Translations under genes and position numbers: made by a program | Notes under the pieces: model-generated | Told to the model about the DNA's origin: nothing | Databases searched by the model: none | The model's input: only the letters and a program-made list of their open reading frames with translations | Shown: positions 54,999 to 64,000 of the stretch, piece by piece | Numbering within the stretch: position 1 is the first letter of the stretch | Layout: the number at the start of each line of letters is the position of its first letter | From: Candidatus Thorarchaeota archaeon AB_25 | GTDB taxonomy: Archaea; Asgardarchaeota; Thorarchaeia; Thorarchaeales; Thorarchaeaceae | Length of the DNA stretch: 64,000 bases | Assembly: GCA_001940705.1 (NCBI GenBank) | Contig: MEHG01000001.1 | Span: 25,128 to 89,127, forward strand | Direction: 5' to 3'

Positions 54999-55691
54999 CT
55001 ACAGTATTTTAACAACGTAGTGTTTTCTGAATCCGGATGGTATTTTCACAACCTCAATACCAGTATAATCTTCATTGAAGAATTTGACGAGATTCTTCTC
55101 AGGATCTATACCGCTCTTTCGCATAGTTCTTGCAATGTAGTTGATGAGAGTTTGAACCCAGTTTTGGAGGACAACATTCTCCCTTGTTGTGAGATCAGGA
55201 TTGGCCTCCAAGTAGTCGTGAATCAACCATGCCACCTTTCGATTGAACCAGGCTCCAACGAGAAAATTAATCATCACTAGGGCAACTGCGCCAAGTGCGA
55301 GTGGAATAGCAAATGGAGTGAGGAAAGCTACCTGAAACACCCAAGTTATCAACAAAATTGGAACTGCAATTGTTATGAATGCAATTGACAGGAAAGACAT
55401 GTATTGCTTCTTGTTCAAAGCAGGTTCTACTTCTGGGACCTTGGGACCTATAGCTGCGAGTTTGTGGAGAACAGCCCTTACAGTCCCCCATTGTTTGATG
55501 AAACTCTGGGGTAAATCACCCTTGTTCATTGCCTTATCGACAAAGGTGAGGTCATAGGTTCTATTGATGCGATAGCCATCAAAAACGGTTGTCAAATTCT
55601 TGCTAAATTTCAAATCTAATCCGCTCGGATCAAATTTGAAGCCCTCTAACGAGGTTGGTTTTCCTTTCGAACGTTTCGCCCTATGACTCAT
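54999..55691 (-). CDS. Hypothetical membrane protein (230 aa, 2-3 central TM segments)
   Basis: Track ORF with hydrophobic core FLSIAFITIAVPILLITWVFQVAFLTPFAIPLALGAVALVMINFLVGAWF. Confidence 0.5.
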   Translation of the reverse strand: MSHRAKRSKGKPTSLEGFKFDPSGLDLKFSKNLTTVFDGYRINRTYDLTFVDKAMNKGDLPQSFIKQWGTVRAVLHKLAAIGPKVPEVEPALNKKQYMSFLSIAFITIAVPILLITWVFQVAFLTPFAIPLALGAVALVMINFLVGAWFNRKVAWLIHDYLEANPDLTTRENVVLQNWVQTLINYIARTMRKSGIDPEKNLVKFFNEDYTGIEVVKIPSGFRKHYVVKIL

Positions 55692-55844
55692 CGGTTTGTG
55701 GCCTCTTCTCGGAGCGAGATGGGAACAGCTAATTAATACTATCGATTGTTCGAATCACTCCAAGTGAGTCTTTTAAGAACGTTTAAGAACTCGCTACCAT
55801 GAGCAGGCTCGTACCATTGTACTCAACAAGGTGAAGAATGCAAA

Positions 55845-56780
55845 ATGACAGATGATGAGAGATTGCCTGATATTGAATACTTGGGAATTTGTCCGCATAG
55901 TGAGAAGAAACATGAATTGCAGATTAATTCCAAATGTGCACGATTCATTCTTCCTCGTGAGAAGAAAAGGAAACACTTTCAGGCACTCTATGATGCTGAG
56001 TGGGGTGAAGTGGTTTCATTTGAGGTGTGTGAGGTCCATTTTGCCAAGGATGGCGAGACTTGGCCACTTGGCGAAGAGATAGTTGACGATAAATTCGAGT
56101 CTATTGATACCGCGGGACTAGTATTCCTATACATGATGCCCTTTGGAAGAGCGTTCTTTCCAGTTTGGACAACGATTCCCTTTGAAGATGTTCCAACCGT
56201 CAAGAAGCTTATAGAAGAACGTCTTGAACAGCCATCCCTTCCAGGATTAGCACATCACGGTACTTCTGCTGCTGTCAAGTACATTCTAGATCATTGCGAA
56301 GAGCGTAGTCGTATTAGAGCTGAATGGAATGACTGGGCTAGGAAAGGTCGCATGGCAAAGCCCAATCCGAGATTCAGAGAAAGAGGTCCCGACTATGTTT
56401 ATTGTAAAGAGGGGATGGCAATTGATTTCTATGGTGCTGGAGAACAACTCGAGCAGATGTCAACCTTCTGGCCTTGGAGAAGAATAAAACGCGTCTTTCC
56501 GGATGATCAAGAGTTAGTTGTTCGTTACCAATGGCATGAAGACTCTTATGTCTTCAACCAGCAGGTCTTAGAGGAGGATGCTAGACACAAATTCGCTGAA
56601 GAAGCTGATAGGGCTCTTGAAATGTACAATGCTTCAGATGATGTTGACGAGTTTCTTATGATCAGACCTTGGTCATTCCCATCCAGATTCCATAGGACTT
56701 GGGATAAACTTGAAGCATTCTCAAGTAAAGCAAGCAGGAACAAATTCCCGCCTATCTATGACTTTCAGGAAGAATATTGA
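55845..56780 (+). CDS. Hypothetical protein (311 aa)
   Basis: Track ORF. No motif recognised. Confidence 0.5.
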   Translation: MTDDERLPDIEYLGICPHSEKKHELQINSKCARFILPREKKRKHFQALYDAEWGEVVSFEVCEVHFAKDGETWPLGEEIVDDKFESIDTAGLVFLYMMPFGRAFFPVWTTIPFEDVPTVKKLIEERLEQPSLPGLAHHGTSAAVKYILDHCEERSRIRAEWNDWARKGRMAKPNPRFRERGPDYVYCKEGMAIDFYGAGEQLEQMSTFWPWRRIKRVFPDDQELVVRYQWHEDSYVFNQQVLEEDARHKFAEEADRALEMYNASDDVDEFLMIRPWSFPSRFHRTWDKLEAFSSKASRNKFPPIYDFQEEY

Positions 56781-56817
56781 ATCTCCTCGAGAATCAACAT
56801 TCTAGCAGTTTGTTTTG

Positions 56818-56856
56818 AAAAAGAAAAGGGGGAGAAGAGAGCTTGCGGCTCTCTTC
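56818..56856 (-). terminator. 9-bp hairpin between convergent genes, with the T-run on the minus-strand side
   Basis: GAAGAGAGC (56834-42) ttgcg GCTCTCTTC (56848-56). On the minus strand it is followed by CCCCCTTTTCTTTTTC. Confidence 0.55.
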
Positions 56857-56870
56857 ATTACTCTAAGGGA

Positions 56871-58406
56871 CTACTCCGGTGGGAGTTGTCCAAAGATGGC
56901 TGACATCTCAATGCCCTTAGCCTTGTTCTTAGCACCATAGTACATGTAGGCCAGTTGACCTATCACGTAGACTAGAACCGTGAACAGGACTTCGTAAGGC
57001 AGTTCTGGTACGTAAGCAATGATGGCCCAGAAGAATACTGCGCCAGATACGATACCACCCAAAGATATCAATGGGATGCCCAAGAACTTCCAGGCTCCAC
57101 TTCGCTCCCACAACGTAGGTCGATAGTACGGTAATGAAACCGCAGCTAACGCCATCTGCCATCGGATGAAGACGTAGGTGTAAGCCACGCCGATCAGCGA
57201 TGCCAATGCGGTACCGAAGAAGAACTGGAGTGCTGTAGCATATGCAACAGTACCAACTGAAAGAATCAGCCAGAACCACAGTGTAATGTGTGGTACGTGA
57301 TACTTCGGATGGACTCTAGCAAATGCTTCAGGACAGAACCGGTCCATAGCCATCGAGTGCATAGGCCGCGTCACCCACAGTGCGTTACTCGGTGAGTCTA
57401 AGACACTCGCAAAGACCGGACATAATATCACGAACCATGCTAGTGGATTAGTACCAAGTATGACTGCAGCGTAGTTACCGAATCCGGGGAATACTCCTCC
57501 TGCGACGTTGATGCCGTAGAGGAAATTACCCATGCTGCTCTCAACTGCGTAGCCTGATAGCAGGAAGAAGCCAGCAATGCCAGCCCAACCACCAATGTTG
57601 CTCAGTGGTATGTTCCTACTTGGTTGTGAAACTTCACCAGCCACGGGCATAATCAGGTATGGCCACATACCACCTACGGTTAGTAGGAGGGCGGGCCCTA
57701 CAGCGGCTGGATTAAACGGTATATGCCCTGAAGCGTCAAAGGCAGCAATTGGGGCCCATGTTCCAGCACCCATTGTTCCTTCCCAGACAGTTTGTGTGAT
57801 AGGTGTGCCTATTATTACAAGATCAGCAATCAGTAGCGCAACTATGTTGACAATTCCAAGGATTATTACAAACCATCCTAACCACTTTACAGACAAGTAG
57901 CTGAAGATGAACCCTACAAGAATCATCGCAACCGCTGCGGTGAATAGCAAGATGATGTCACTGCCCAAAGCTGTAGCAGCAGCGACCAGACCTGCGTTTC
58001 CAGTTGCAGTTCCTATAACTGTCAAACCGCCTGCGAAAATTTGTACGGCGAAAAAGCTTCCAGTCCCTCTAAAGACAGGGTTGGTAATTACACTTCGCCA
58101 GCCTTCCATCACACCAAAAATGGGGCTCAGACCACGTCCAGTGAAGTGGTATGAAGCACCAGATCTTGGCATGGCAAGCATTAGACACATGAGGGCAAGT
58201 GCTTCAAAGAACACTGTCCCTGCACCGAGTGCATACATGGGTACTAGATGCGCACCAGCATACCAAGTCGAAACCTGGGGTCCGAAGTAATGGAACCAAG
58301 GTCCGAGTGTTAGTGCAATTGGAAGAAGAAGTGCAAATCCCGTGCCTACTTCTTTTACAAGGCCGGAACTCTCTCGCACGAAGAGGAGCTTTTCTTCCTC
58401 ACTCAA
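56871..58406 (-). CDS. APC-superfamily (amino acid/polyamine/organocation) permease, paralog A
   Basis: 511 aa, more than 12 TM segments. Shares N- and C-terminal signatures with 62358-63935 (..SGL.K..GT.., ..AI...L.PE). TTG start with AAGGAGAA upstream. Confidence 0.6.
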   Translation of the reverse strand: MSEEEKLLFVRESSGLVKEVGTGFALLLPIALTLGPWFHYFGPQVSTWYAGAHLVPMYALGAGTVFFEALALMCLMLAMPRSGASYHFTGRGLSPIFGVMEGWRSVITNPVFRGTGSFFAVQIFAGGLTVIGTATGNAGLVAAATALGSDIILLFTAAVAMILVGFIFSYLSVKWLGWFVIILGIVNIVALLIADLVIIGTPITQTVWEGTMGAGTWAPIAAFDASGHIPFNPAAVGPALLLTVGGMWPYLIMPVAGEVSQPSRNIPLSNIGGWAGIAGFFLLSGYAVESSMGNFLYGINVAGGVFPGFGNYAAVILGTNPLAWFVILCPVFASVLDSPSNALWVTRPMHSMAMDRFCPEAFARVHPKYHVPHITLWFWLILSVGTVAYATALQFFFGTALASLIGVAYTYVFIRWQMALAAVSLPYYRPTLWERSGAWKFLGIPLISLGGIVSGAVFFWAIIAYVPELPYEVLFTVLVYVIGQLAYMYYGAKNKAKGIEMSAIFGQLPPE

Positions 58407-58585
58407 TTTGCGTTGTTCTCCTTTTTTTTCTCTCTCACGACAAGAAAACGAGTCGTATCGTGATTGCTCTCTACATCTATTCCGTGATATTTAAACTAAA
58501 GGGTGCATTTTTTTCGTACTTCTAACATCAATATAAGATTATTAGTTCCTATTCATTACGGTAAACGCCGGAATCAGTACATACT

Positions 58586-59380
58586 CTAAGACAAACGTCG
58601 AAGTCGTTTGAAGAATTCGTGGTCGAGTAGTAGAACCTCTACATTCTTCGAACGAACACCAGTTCGGCTCTCTAGAAGAATATTCAGCATGATGTCAATG
58701 TCTATTATATGAACTGGAGGAACCAAAGCCTTGACGGTTTTTGATGAAAAGCCAAGTGCCTCTTGTTTTCCCTCTGGAGTGACGGTGCCGTTTGTGATAA
58801 GCACACCTTGATTGGACTGATAGGTGGAGAGAGACCCTCGAATCTCACGGATAATGTCAGCCCCTACCTTTTCTTCGTACTCGCACTTCTTTGCATATAC
58901 GACGACAGGAGACCTACCACCATCATCTCGCCATGTTGTGAGAAGAACAACGGTTCCGTTATATTTGTGAACTTCAACAGCCTCTTCAATTCGGGCACGT
59001 ATGTTGAGTAGTAAGATTCTCGCTAGGTCATCGAACCCTTTCAGGTCAAGCTTGGCTATCTCATTTCGTATCTCACGTCGAGTTGCACGATTGAAATCAG
59101 CAGCGCGGGAGCGCACTTCAGAAATCAGCTCTTCATCAACTGCTCCTTCACATAGGTCATTGTATTGGTAGAGTCCTGGACCTGTGCGTAGAAAGTAAGC
59201 AGGTCTATTGCCTTCTTGAGCTTGTTTTCCTTCAATGGAAAGAGAGGCAGAAACTGACGCGGGATCACGTTCTAAAGCTGCAGCGATTTTCTTATAATGC
59301 ACTGGTTCGACTCGTGCGTGCTGTGCCAGCCATTCCCGGAGTGTGAGTTTGGATTCTTTATCTGCCAATTTCAATTCCAA
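58586..59380 (-). CDS. Mrr-like restriction endonuclease family protein (N-terminal wHTH plus C-terminal PD-(D/E)xK-like domain)
   Basis: The C-terminal DDGGRSPVVVYAKKCE...IIREIRGSL...GVLITNGTVTPEGKQEA follows the Mrr_cat pattern as I remember it. Confidence 0.45.
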   Translation of the reverse strand: MELKLADKESKLTLREWLAQHARVEPVHYKKIAAALERDPASVSASLSIEGKQAQEGNRPAYFLRTGPGLYQYNDLCEGAVDEELISEVRSRAADFNRATRREIRNEIAKLDLKGFDDLARILLLNIRARIEEAVEVHKYNGTVVLLTTWRDDGGRSPVVVYAKKCEYEEKVGADIIREIRGSLSTYQSNQGVLITNGTVTPEGKQEALGFSSKTVKALVPPVHIIDIDIMLNILLESRTGVRSKNVEVLLLDHEFFKRLRRLS

Positions 59381-59565
59381 CTGTAGCTATCGTTTGTTCA
59401 CGAAGAGTCAAGGTTATTTCGGTTGAAGTCCCCTTTATGATGTTTACCCTTCATTATTGTTTCTGTGAGTATTTGAGGTAATTACCTCCTATGACCCACA
59501 TCAACTCATCAATTTAAACTTTAACCACATATTAGCTGGATTGGATTGTGAAGAAACTCATTGCA

Positions 59566-60036
59566 TTATTTCTCGTAGCGGTAAATGCAGTGATCATCAC
59601 CTTGCATCATACATTTCGGAACACTCATAGAGAGAGAGGAGTCAACTGCTTGGCCGATTCCTTCATCAATCTTCGTAACCCAATGGCATATGTCTTCATT
59701 CGCACCTTTCGCACGAAATGTGTCAATCCAAGGGCAGGCTGTCACTTTTAAATCAATAAGTCGGTCAGTAACTTCGTTTATTTCTAGTTCGAAACCAAAG
59801 TAGGGATGAGCTGCGGCAAAGAACTCGTAGATTGATTTTAGATCACCCGGTCTAAGTCCACCGTCTTTCACACTCTGTTCTCCAAGCTCCAGACCATGTA
59901 ACCGGTTAGCTTCTCCCAAGGCTTCAAGACCCTTCTTACCAAAGTTCTTCCTAACTGTTTCAACGTAGACTGTATGAGCTGCAGCAACAGTTGACATTCC
60001 AACAATTCTTACATCATCTGCAGATGGTTCATCCAT
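59566..60036 (-). CDS. Small Cys-containing protein resembling the 'L-2-amino-thiazoline-4-carboxylic acid hydrolase' (ATC_hydrolase) domain family
   Basis: 156 aa. LKVTACPW...EDICHW...VPKCMMQGDDHCIYRYE. GGAGGA lies 7 nt upstream of the ATG and the gene starts 15 nt after the MttB-like stop. Confidence 0.4.
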   Translation of the reverse strand: MDEPSADDVRIVGMSTVAAAHTVYVETVRKNFGKKGLEALGEANRLHGLELGEQSVKDGGLRPGDLKSIYEFFAAAHPYFGFELEINEVTDRLIDLKVTACPWIDTFRAKGANEDICHWVTKIDEGIGQAVDSSLSMSVPKCMMQGDDHCIYRYEK

Positions 60037-60051
60037 TTCTCATTCCTCCAT

Positions 60052-61500
60052 CTAACTAGACTTCAATTTCTTTATGCGATCCTTGATGAATTTCCTCATG
60101 TCTGATTCAATTTTCTTATCAAGTGGTTCAATCTTGTGTGTCGAGAGAATCTCCTTAACCTTCTCTCTAGCAACTTCTTCAATGGTCTTTGAACCTTGCT
60201 TTTCCCACTCTGGCCGTGAGGTCCGATTAGTGATCGATGGGTGCCATTGTTCCTCGAGAAGATGTTTCTTTGTAAATCTCAATGCTTCAGGGGTGTTCAA
60301 ATGGTTCCTATCATGTCCAACGGTTTCTATAAGGTCCACAGCTAAGGTTTCTGGAGTTATTTTAATGCCTTTGCATATACGCTTAATCGCTCCGCAGATA
60401 TCATTGCTAATTGCAAACATCTCGTAACTAGCTGTGATTCCAGCTTCAACTATCCCGTAGACCCCGTCATGAACCACATCACAACCTGAAACAGCCGCAA
60501 GTAACGCGTTCATAGTGTTCTCATATGCAGCTTGTTGGTCAGGCACTTTAGAGTCTACCACACCAGCAGCACCAAAATAGGGAAGACCATAGTAATGAGC
60601 CATCTGGCAAAACGCAGCATGAATCAGCCCATTCTCTGGCGATCCATAGGCGGCAGTGCCGTACCGCTGATCCAATATTGTGGCACATGACCCCCACATG
60701 ATAGGAGTTCCAGGACCAATTAGCTGAGTCAAGACCACTATTGCATGGTTCTCTGCAATACCTTGCACAATTGTACCTGCAAGTGTTACAGGCCCACTCG
60801 CACTGGACAACAAACCAGTGCTAATATCAAAGGGTATTCTATACTTAGCACAATCAAGAATCATATCAATGATTTCAGGAGTGAATTTCAGAGGGGGAAC
60901 ATTATTGAATCCGGTATCAATGATAGATGGATTCTTGATAAACTCGTCTTCTCCTCCTACATAGATCTTTGTCATCTCTATGACATCTCTAAAGCCCTCT
61001 GGAGTTAATGCCACATGACTAATGTGTTTCTCAGTACTCTTGAACATTGCAAGAGCCATTTCCTGCTCCCATATGGTCTTTGGTACATCCTGAGGTAAAA
61101 TGTTCAGTTTGACGTAGTCAACGGTTGGGAAATAATCTGCTAGGAGTGTAAACTCTTCTAGGTCCTTGATTGTTGAGAATCGACGTTCTCCGGTTTCCAA
61201 GTCTATTGTATAATGGGCACCAAATGCATTTGTGAAATAAGAGTTCCCATCACCAATGACGATATTGTGTTTTGGATTTCGAGCAACGAGTTTGTGCCTT
61301 CCAGGACTTTTCTGAAGTGCATCATGAAGCATGTATTCAGGGATTTTTACGATCTTTTTCTTGTCATCAACAGTCGCTCCAGCATCAGCGAGTTTCTTCA
61401 ATGCTGCATCATGTTGAATGACTATACCAACTCGTTCAAGAACTTCCATAGCTGCTGTATGTATAGCAGATATCTCACCGCGACTTAGTAATCTATACAT
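60052..61500 (-). CDS. MttB-superfamily methyltransferase, non-pyrrolysine type (quaternary-amine:corrinoid methyltransferase-like)
   Basis: LSRGEISAIHTAAMEVLERVGI, VKIPEYML, SASGPVTLAGT, GSPENGLIHAA, DSKVPDQQAA. Uninterrupted frame with no in-frame TAG. I prefer the ATG at 61500 (GGAGG 6 nt upstream) over the track start at 61518. Confidence 0.85.
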   Translation of the reverse strand: MYRLLSRGEISAIHTAAMEVLERVGIVIQHDAALKKLADAGATVDDKKKIVKIPEYMLHDALQKSPGRHKLVARNPKHNIVIGDGNSYFTNAFGAHYTIDLETGERRFSTIKDLEEFTLLADYFPTVDYVKLNILPQDVPKTIWEQEMALAMFKSTEKHISHVALTPEGFRDVIEMTKIYVGGEDEFIKNPSIIDTGFNNVPPLKFTPEIIDMILDCAKYRIPFDISTGLLSSASGPVTLAGTIVQGIAENHAIVVLTQLIGPGTPIMWGSCATILDQRYGTAAYGSPENGLIHAAFCQMAHYYGLPYFGAAGVVDSKVPDQQAAYENTMNALLAAVSGCDVVHDGVYGIVEAGITASYEMFAISNDICGAIKRICKGIKITPETLAVDLIETVGHDRNHLNTPEALRFTKKHLLEEQWHPSITNRTSRPEWEKQGSKTIEEVAREKVKEILSTHKIEPLDKKIESDMRKFIKDRIKKLKSS

Positions 61501-61525
61501 GAAATTCCTCCATATCATTTATCAA

Positions 61526-62173
61526 CTAGCCTTTGACAAGCTGTTTCACCAGACTAACAGCTGATACAGCGTCTCCAGCCCAGCCATCGGCTCCTATTTC
61601 GTCAGCCCATTCTTGAGTTGTAGGAGCTCCACCAATTATTACCTTGACATCTCCCCTCAATCCTGCCACTTTCAGTTGCTCGATCACAGCCTTTTGAGCG
61701 GGCAGTGTTGCAGTAAGTAGAGATGATAAACCTAGGACATCGGGCTTGTGTTCTTTCACCTTCTCCACGAAGGCTTCTGATTGGACATCCTCACCAACAT
61801 TCAAGACTTCGAATCCATCAGCCTCAAGCAAGGTTCCTACTATGTCTTTGCCAATACTATGAATGTCACCTTGGACTGTGCCTATCATAACTTTCCCTGC
61901 TGAAATCATCTCTGCTTTGGATTCTTTGATCACAGGGAGGAGGACGGACATTCCAGCTTTCATGGCATCTCCAGCCATGACTAGTTCAACGAGGAAGGCT
62001 TCTCCCTCACTAAATAAATCACCTACTTCCTTTACGCCCTTTGCTAGTCCATTAGTAATTGCATCCAATGGTGGTATGTCTGATTCAAGGGCCTTCTTGG
62101 CAAACTCTACAGATTTCTCAGAGTCTCCCTCACTAACAGCGGTTTTCAGGCTTTCAAGAATTGAAGATGTCAT
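61526..62173 (-). CDS. Cobalamin-binding corrinoid protein (MtbC/MttC/MtgC-like)
   Basis: N-terminal helical cap, then the B12-binding motif GTVQGDIHSIGKDIV (DxHxxG), SSLLT and GGAP. Confidence 0.9.
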   Translation of the reverse strand: MTSSILESLKTAVSEGDSEKSVEFAKKALESDIPPLDAITNGLAKGVKEVGDLFSEGEAFLVELVMAGDAMKAGMSVLLPVIKESKAEMISAGKVMIGTVQGDIHSIGKDIVGTLLEADGFEVLNVGEDVQSEAFVEKVKEHKPDVLGLSSLLTATLPAQKAVIEQLKVAGLRGDVKVIIGGAPTTQEWADEIGADGWAGDAVSAVSLVKQLVKG

Positions 62174-62310
62174 ATCAAGTCTCCTCCTCTAACACCCTTA
62201 ATCAAATGCTATACTTACTTATATCTCTGCTCATAGAAGTTATAAAAAATCAAAATCTGCGTTTTAAGATGCTTTATACAAAAATCTGTTTTTCACTATG
62301 AAATTGAAAT

Positions 62311-62348
62311 TAGAAAAATAAAGAGAAGCCTGAGGTAATCCTCAGGCT
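62311..62348 (-). terminator. 9-bp hairpin plus T-run after the APC permease gene
   Basis: AGCCTGAGG (62327-35) taat CCTCAGGCT (62340-48). On the minus strand it is followed by TCTCTTTATTTTTC. Confidence 0.55.
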
Positions 62349-62357
62349 AGTAATTTA

Positions 62358-63935
62358 TTACTCTGGCGATAATGATGTATAGATTGCATCCATATCGATG
62401 TTTTGCTTCTGCATTCGTCGAGCAAAGTATACGAACCACGCCGCCGAGAAGCCATATTGCACGCACATCGATATGATCGATAAGAAAGCCGCTCCTTGGA
62501 ATAAGCCAATTACCAGAAATAGCGAAGTTGGAAGCAATATGACGCCTAAGAGCGACAATATCGCAAATCCTCCTACTTCCGGTTGCGGTTTTATACTTCC
62601 TTCATACAACGGCCGTCTCAAGAACGTTAGTTGTAACGCCGCCATTGATTGGAATAACATTTCTATACCCCATAGGCCCACCAGCGAAGTCACTACAGCT
62701 AACCATCCACTAAGACCAGGCAGAGCGTATGCGAATGCAAATGGTGCTCCGAAACAGAAGTAATAGATGATTGCATAGGTGGGTGTGTGATGCTTAGAAA
62801 GCTTTCCGAAGAATGAAGGCATCATTCTGTCAAGAGAAGCTTGGAAGAATCCTCTAGTGACCCAGGCCATGTTTACCGGTGTCGAAGTTAAGGCAATCAC
62901 AACTGGAGATAACAATATCCAACCAGAAACCAATGGATTTCCTGCGATCGACGCACTGAAGGTTCCCATGCTTCCTTGAAACACTCCTGTTTGCGTCAGA
63001 TTCCCAGTTGCCGCCGCCACCCCATATTGACTTGAGAATGTCCCAAATGTTCCCTGGAACAGCGCACCGCCACTAGTGAGTAGAACAGCCAAGATTAGAG
63101 CACCACCCACTTGAGAAACAACAAGGTTCTTTGCTGGATCAGCAACCTCACCACCATATAGTAGAATGAGATATGGCCATGTTAATCCTATTGGCCAGAT
63201 AGTAGCCAAGAGGGTCATTTCCAGACTAAACGCTGGTGCCGTATATCCTGCTGCGGTTGCAACTGTTGTAACTTCCGAATAGGCACCTGCACCCCAGACT
63301 GCATCCCAGCGACTGGGTACATTAGCGGCGGGTGTGCCAAGCATTACGAATAATGCCAAACACCATCCGATAGTTGAGAATACTCCTCCGAACATTTGTA
63401 TCCGCGGTTCCATTTTTAACAACGGCCCAAGGTAGGCAATAATTGAAAATATTGCCAGCATCAGTATTGAAACAAAAACCAATACCATTGGATTTGCACC
63501 GGATAAAGTAGATCCTAAAGCTGACATTGCGGTGTTGTTATATACAGCACCCCACTGTCCGAATGCAGCTCCTAGGAAAACGAGGAACAAGTAAAACTCG
63601 CTTGTCTTGAGAATCGGGTTTGCAATTATCCCACGCCAAACTGCTATCGTACCAGCTACAGGATTGAAACCTCGCGCTGAGATTTGATATAGTCCTGAAG
63701 AACGGGGCATGGCCATCGACAGTAATGTCATCATTACTGTGTAGATGAGCATAAACAACATACCTATTCCCCAAGTTGCTCCAGCATTTATTCCTGGATA
63801 CATGTCCTGAAGGATGCCGACAAACAACCATTGATACGTTCCTAAACTTGCGCCTAGGATCATAAATAGGGATGTCCATGTACCAAAATACTTGGTCAGC
63901 CCTGATGTCGGTCTAAGAAATAGTACTTCTGACAT
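62358..63935 (-). CDS. APC-superfamily permease, paralog B
   Basis: About 525 aa, more than 12 TM segments. ATG at 63935 with GGAAGGAG 6 nt upstream (the track starts at the TTG at 63938). Confidence 0.6.
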   Translation of the reverse strand: MSEVLFLRPTSGLTKYFGTWTSLFMILGASLGTYQWLFVGILQDMYPGINAGATWGIGMLFMLIYTVMMTLLSMAMPRSSGLYQISARGFNPVAGTIAVWRGIIANPILKTSEFYLFLVFLGAAFGQWGAVYNNTAMSALGSTLSGANPMVLVFVSILMLAIFSIIAYLGPLLKMEPRIQMFGGVFSTIGWCLALFVMLGTPAANVPSRWDAVWGAGAYSEVTTVATAAGYTAPAFSLEMTLLATIWPIGLTWPYLILLYGGEVADPAKNLVVSQVGGALILAVLLTSGGALFQGTFGTFSSQYGVAAATGNLTQTGVFQGSMGTFSASIAGNPLVSGWILLSPVVIALTSTPVNMAWVTRGFFQASLDRMMPSFFGKLSKHHTPTYAIIYYFCFGAPFAFAYALPGLSGWLAVVTSLVGLWGIEMLFQSMAALQLTFLRRPLYEGSIKPQPEVGGFAILSLLGVILLPTSLFLVIGLFQGAAFLSIISMCVQYGFSAAWFVYFARRMQKQNIDMDAIYTSLSPE

Positions 63936-64000
63936 CAATCTCTCCTTCCTTTTTTTCTATCTTCTCTCCTAAAGCAACTGGAGAAGATGAATATATTGTG

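Noticed and set aside
59475-59488. Perfect 14-nt palindrome GAGGTAATTACCTC between the ATC-hydrolase-like and Mrr-like genes. On the minus strand it contains AGGAGGT.
   Set aside because: As a hairpin it gives only a 5-bp stem with no T-run. As an SD it has no start codon at a suitable distance. Its function cannot be supported.
60052-61518. Possible pyrrolysine (in-frame TAG) in the MttB homolog.
   Set aside because: The frame is open end to end with sense codons at the position where Pyl-type enzymes carry UAG, and no pyl genes are visible in the window.
1-64000. Search by eye for CRISPR arrays, tRNA/rRNA genes, IS elements or prophage borders in all intergenic gaps (7268-7790, 11854-12210, 14118-14312, 17851-18013, 40404-40731, 44732-45019, 58407-58585, 59381-59565, 62174-62357 and others).
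   Set aside because: I found no regularly spaced repeats, no cloverleaf-like GC-rich segments, and no transposase or integrase-like ORFs. A tRNAscan, Infernal or CRISPR-finder run would be needed for a definitive negative.

Overview
Dense, almost fully coding prokaryotic chromosomal segment that I read as archaeal. The markers are a RadA-type recombinase with an N-terminal HhH domain, an XPD-type Fe-S helicase, an Mre11/Rad50-like pair, DUF99, dodecin, roadblock/LC7 proteins, a tungsten-type aldehyde:ferredoxin oxidoreductase and an MttB/corrinoid methyltransferase pair. Three roadblock/LC7 domains are compatible with an Asgard-like source but do not prove it. I call about 60 protein-coding genes. 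One is a 352-codon partial CDS at the left edge that is missing from the supplied track. I recognised no rRNA, tRNA, CRISPR array, transposase or integrase. Shine-Dalgarno-like GGAGG motifs and GC-hairpin plus T-run terminators are common, and several track ORFs are over-extended at the 5' end; I give revised starts where an SD or a neighbouring gene supports it.

Most interesting candidates:
1. A nine-gene, translationally coupled minus-strand operon (1-7267). It joins a divergent RadA-like ATPase, an XPD-like helicase and a Zn-ribbon/wHTH protein to membrane-anchored proteins and five ORFans.
2. A cluster of two GH3-type adenylating enzymes, an E1/ThiF-like enzyme, a CPBP intramembrane protease and membrane proteins (7791-14117). 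Both GH3 paralogs are preceded by the same ~170-nt conserved non-coding leader.
3. A miniature Mre11 plus hook-less Rad50-like pair (14313-16666).
4. A non-pyrrolysine MttB/corrinoid cassette flanked by paralogous APC permeases (56871-63938).
5. A DMT-transporter/RAM-domain fusion operon with an ABC exporter (22413-25741).

All functional calls come from motif recognition by eye. No database search was run.
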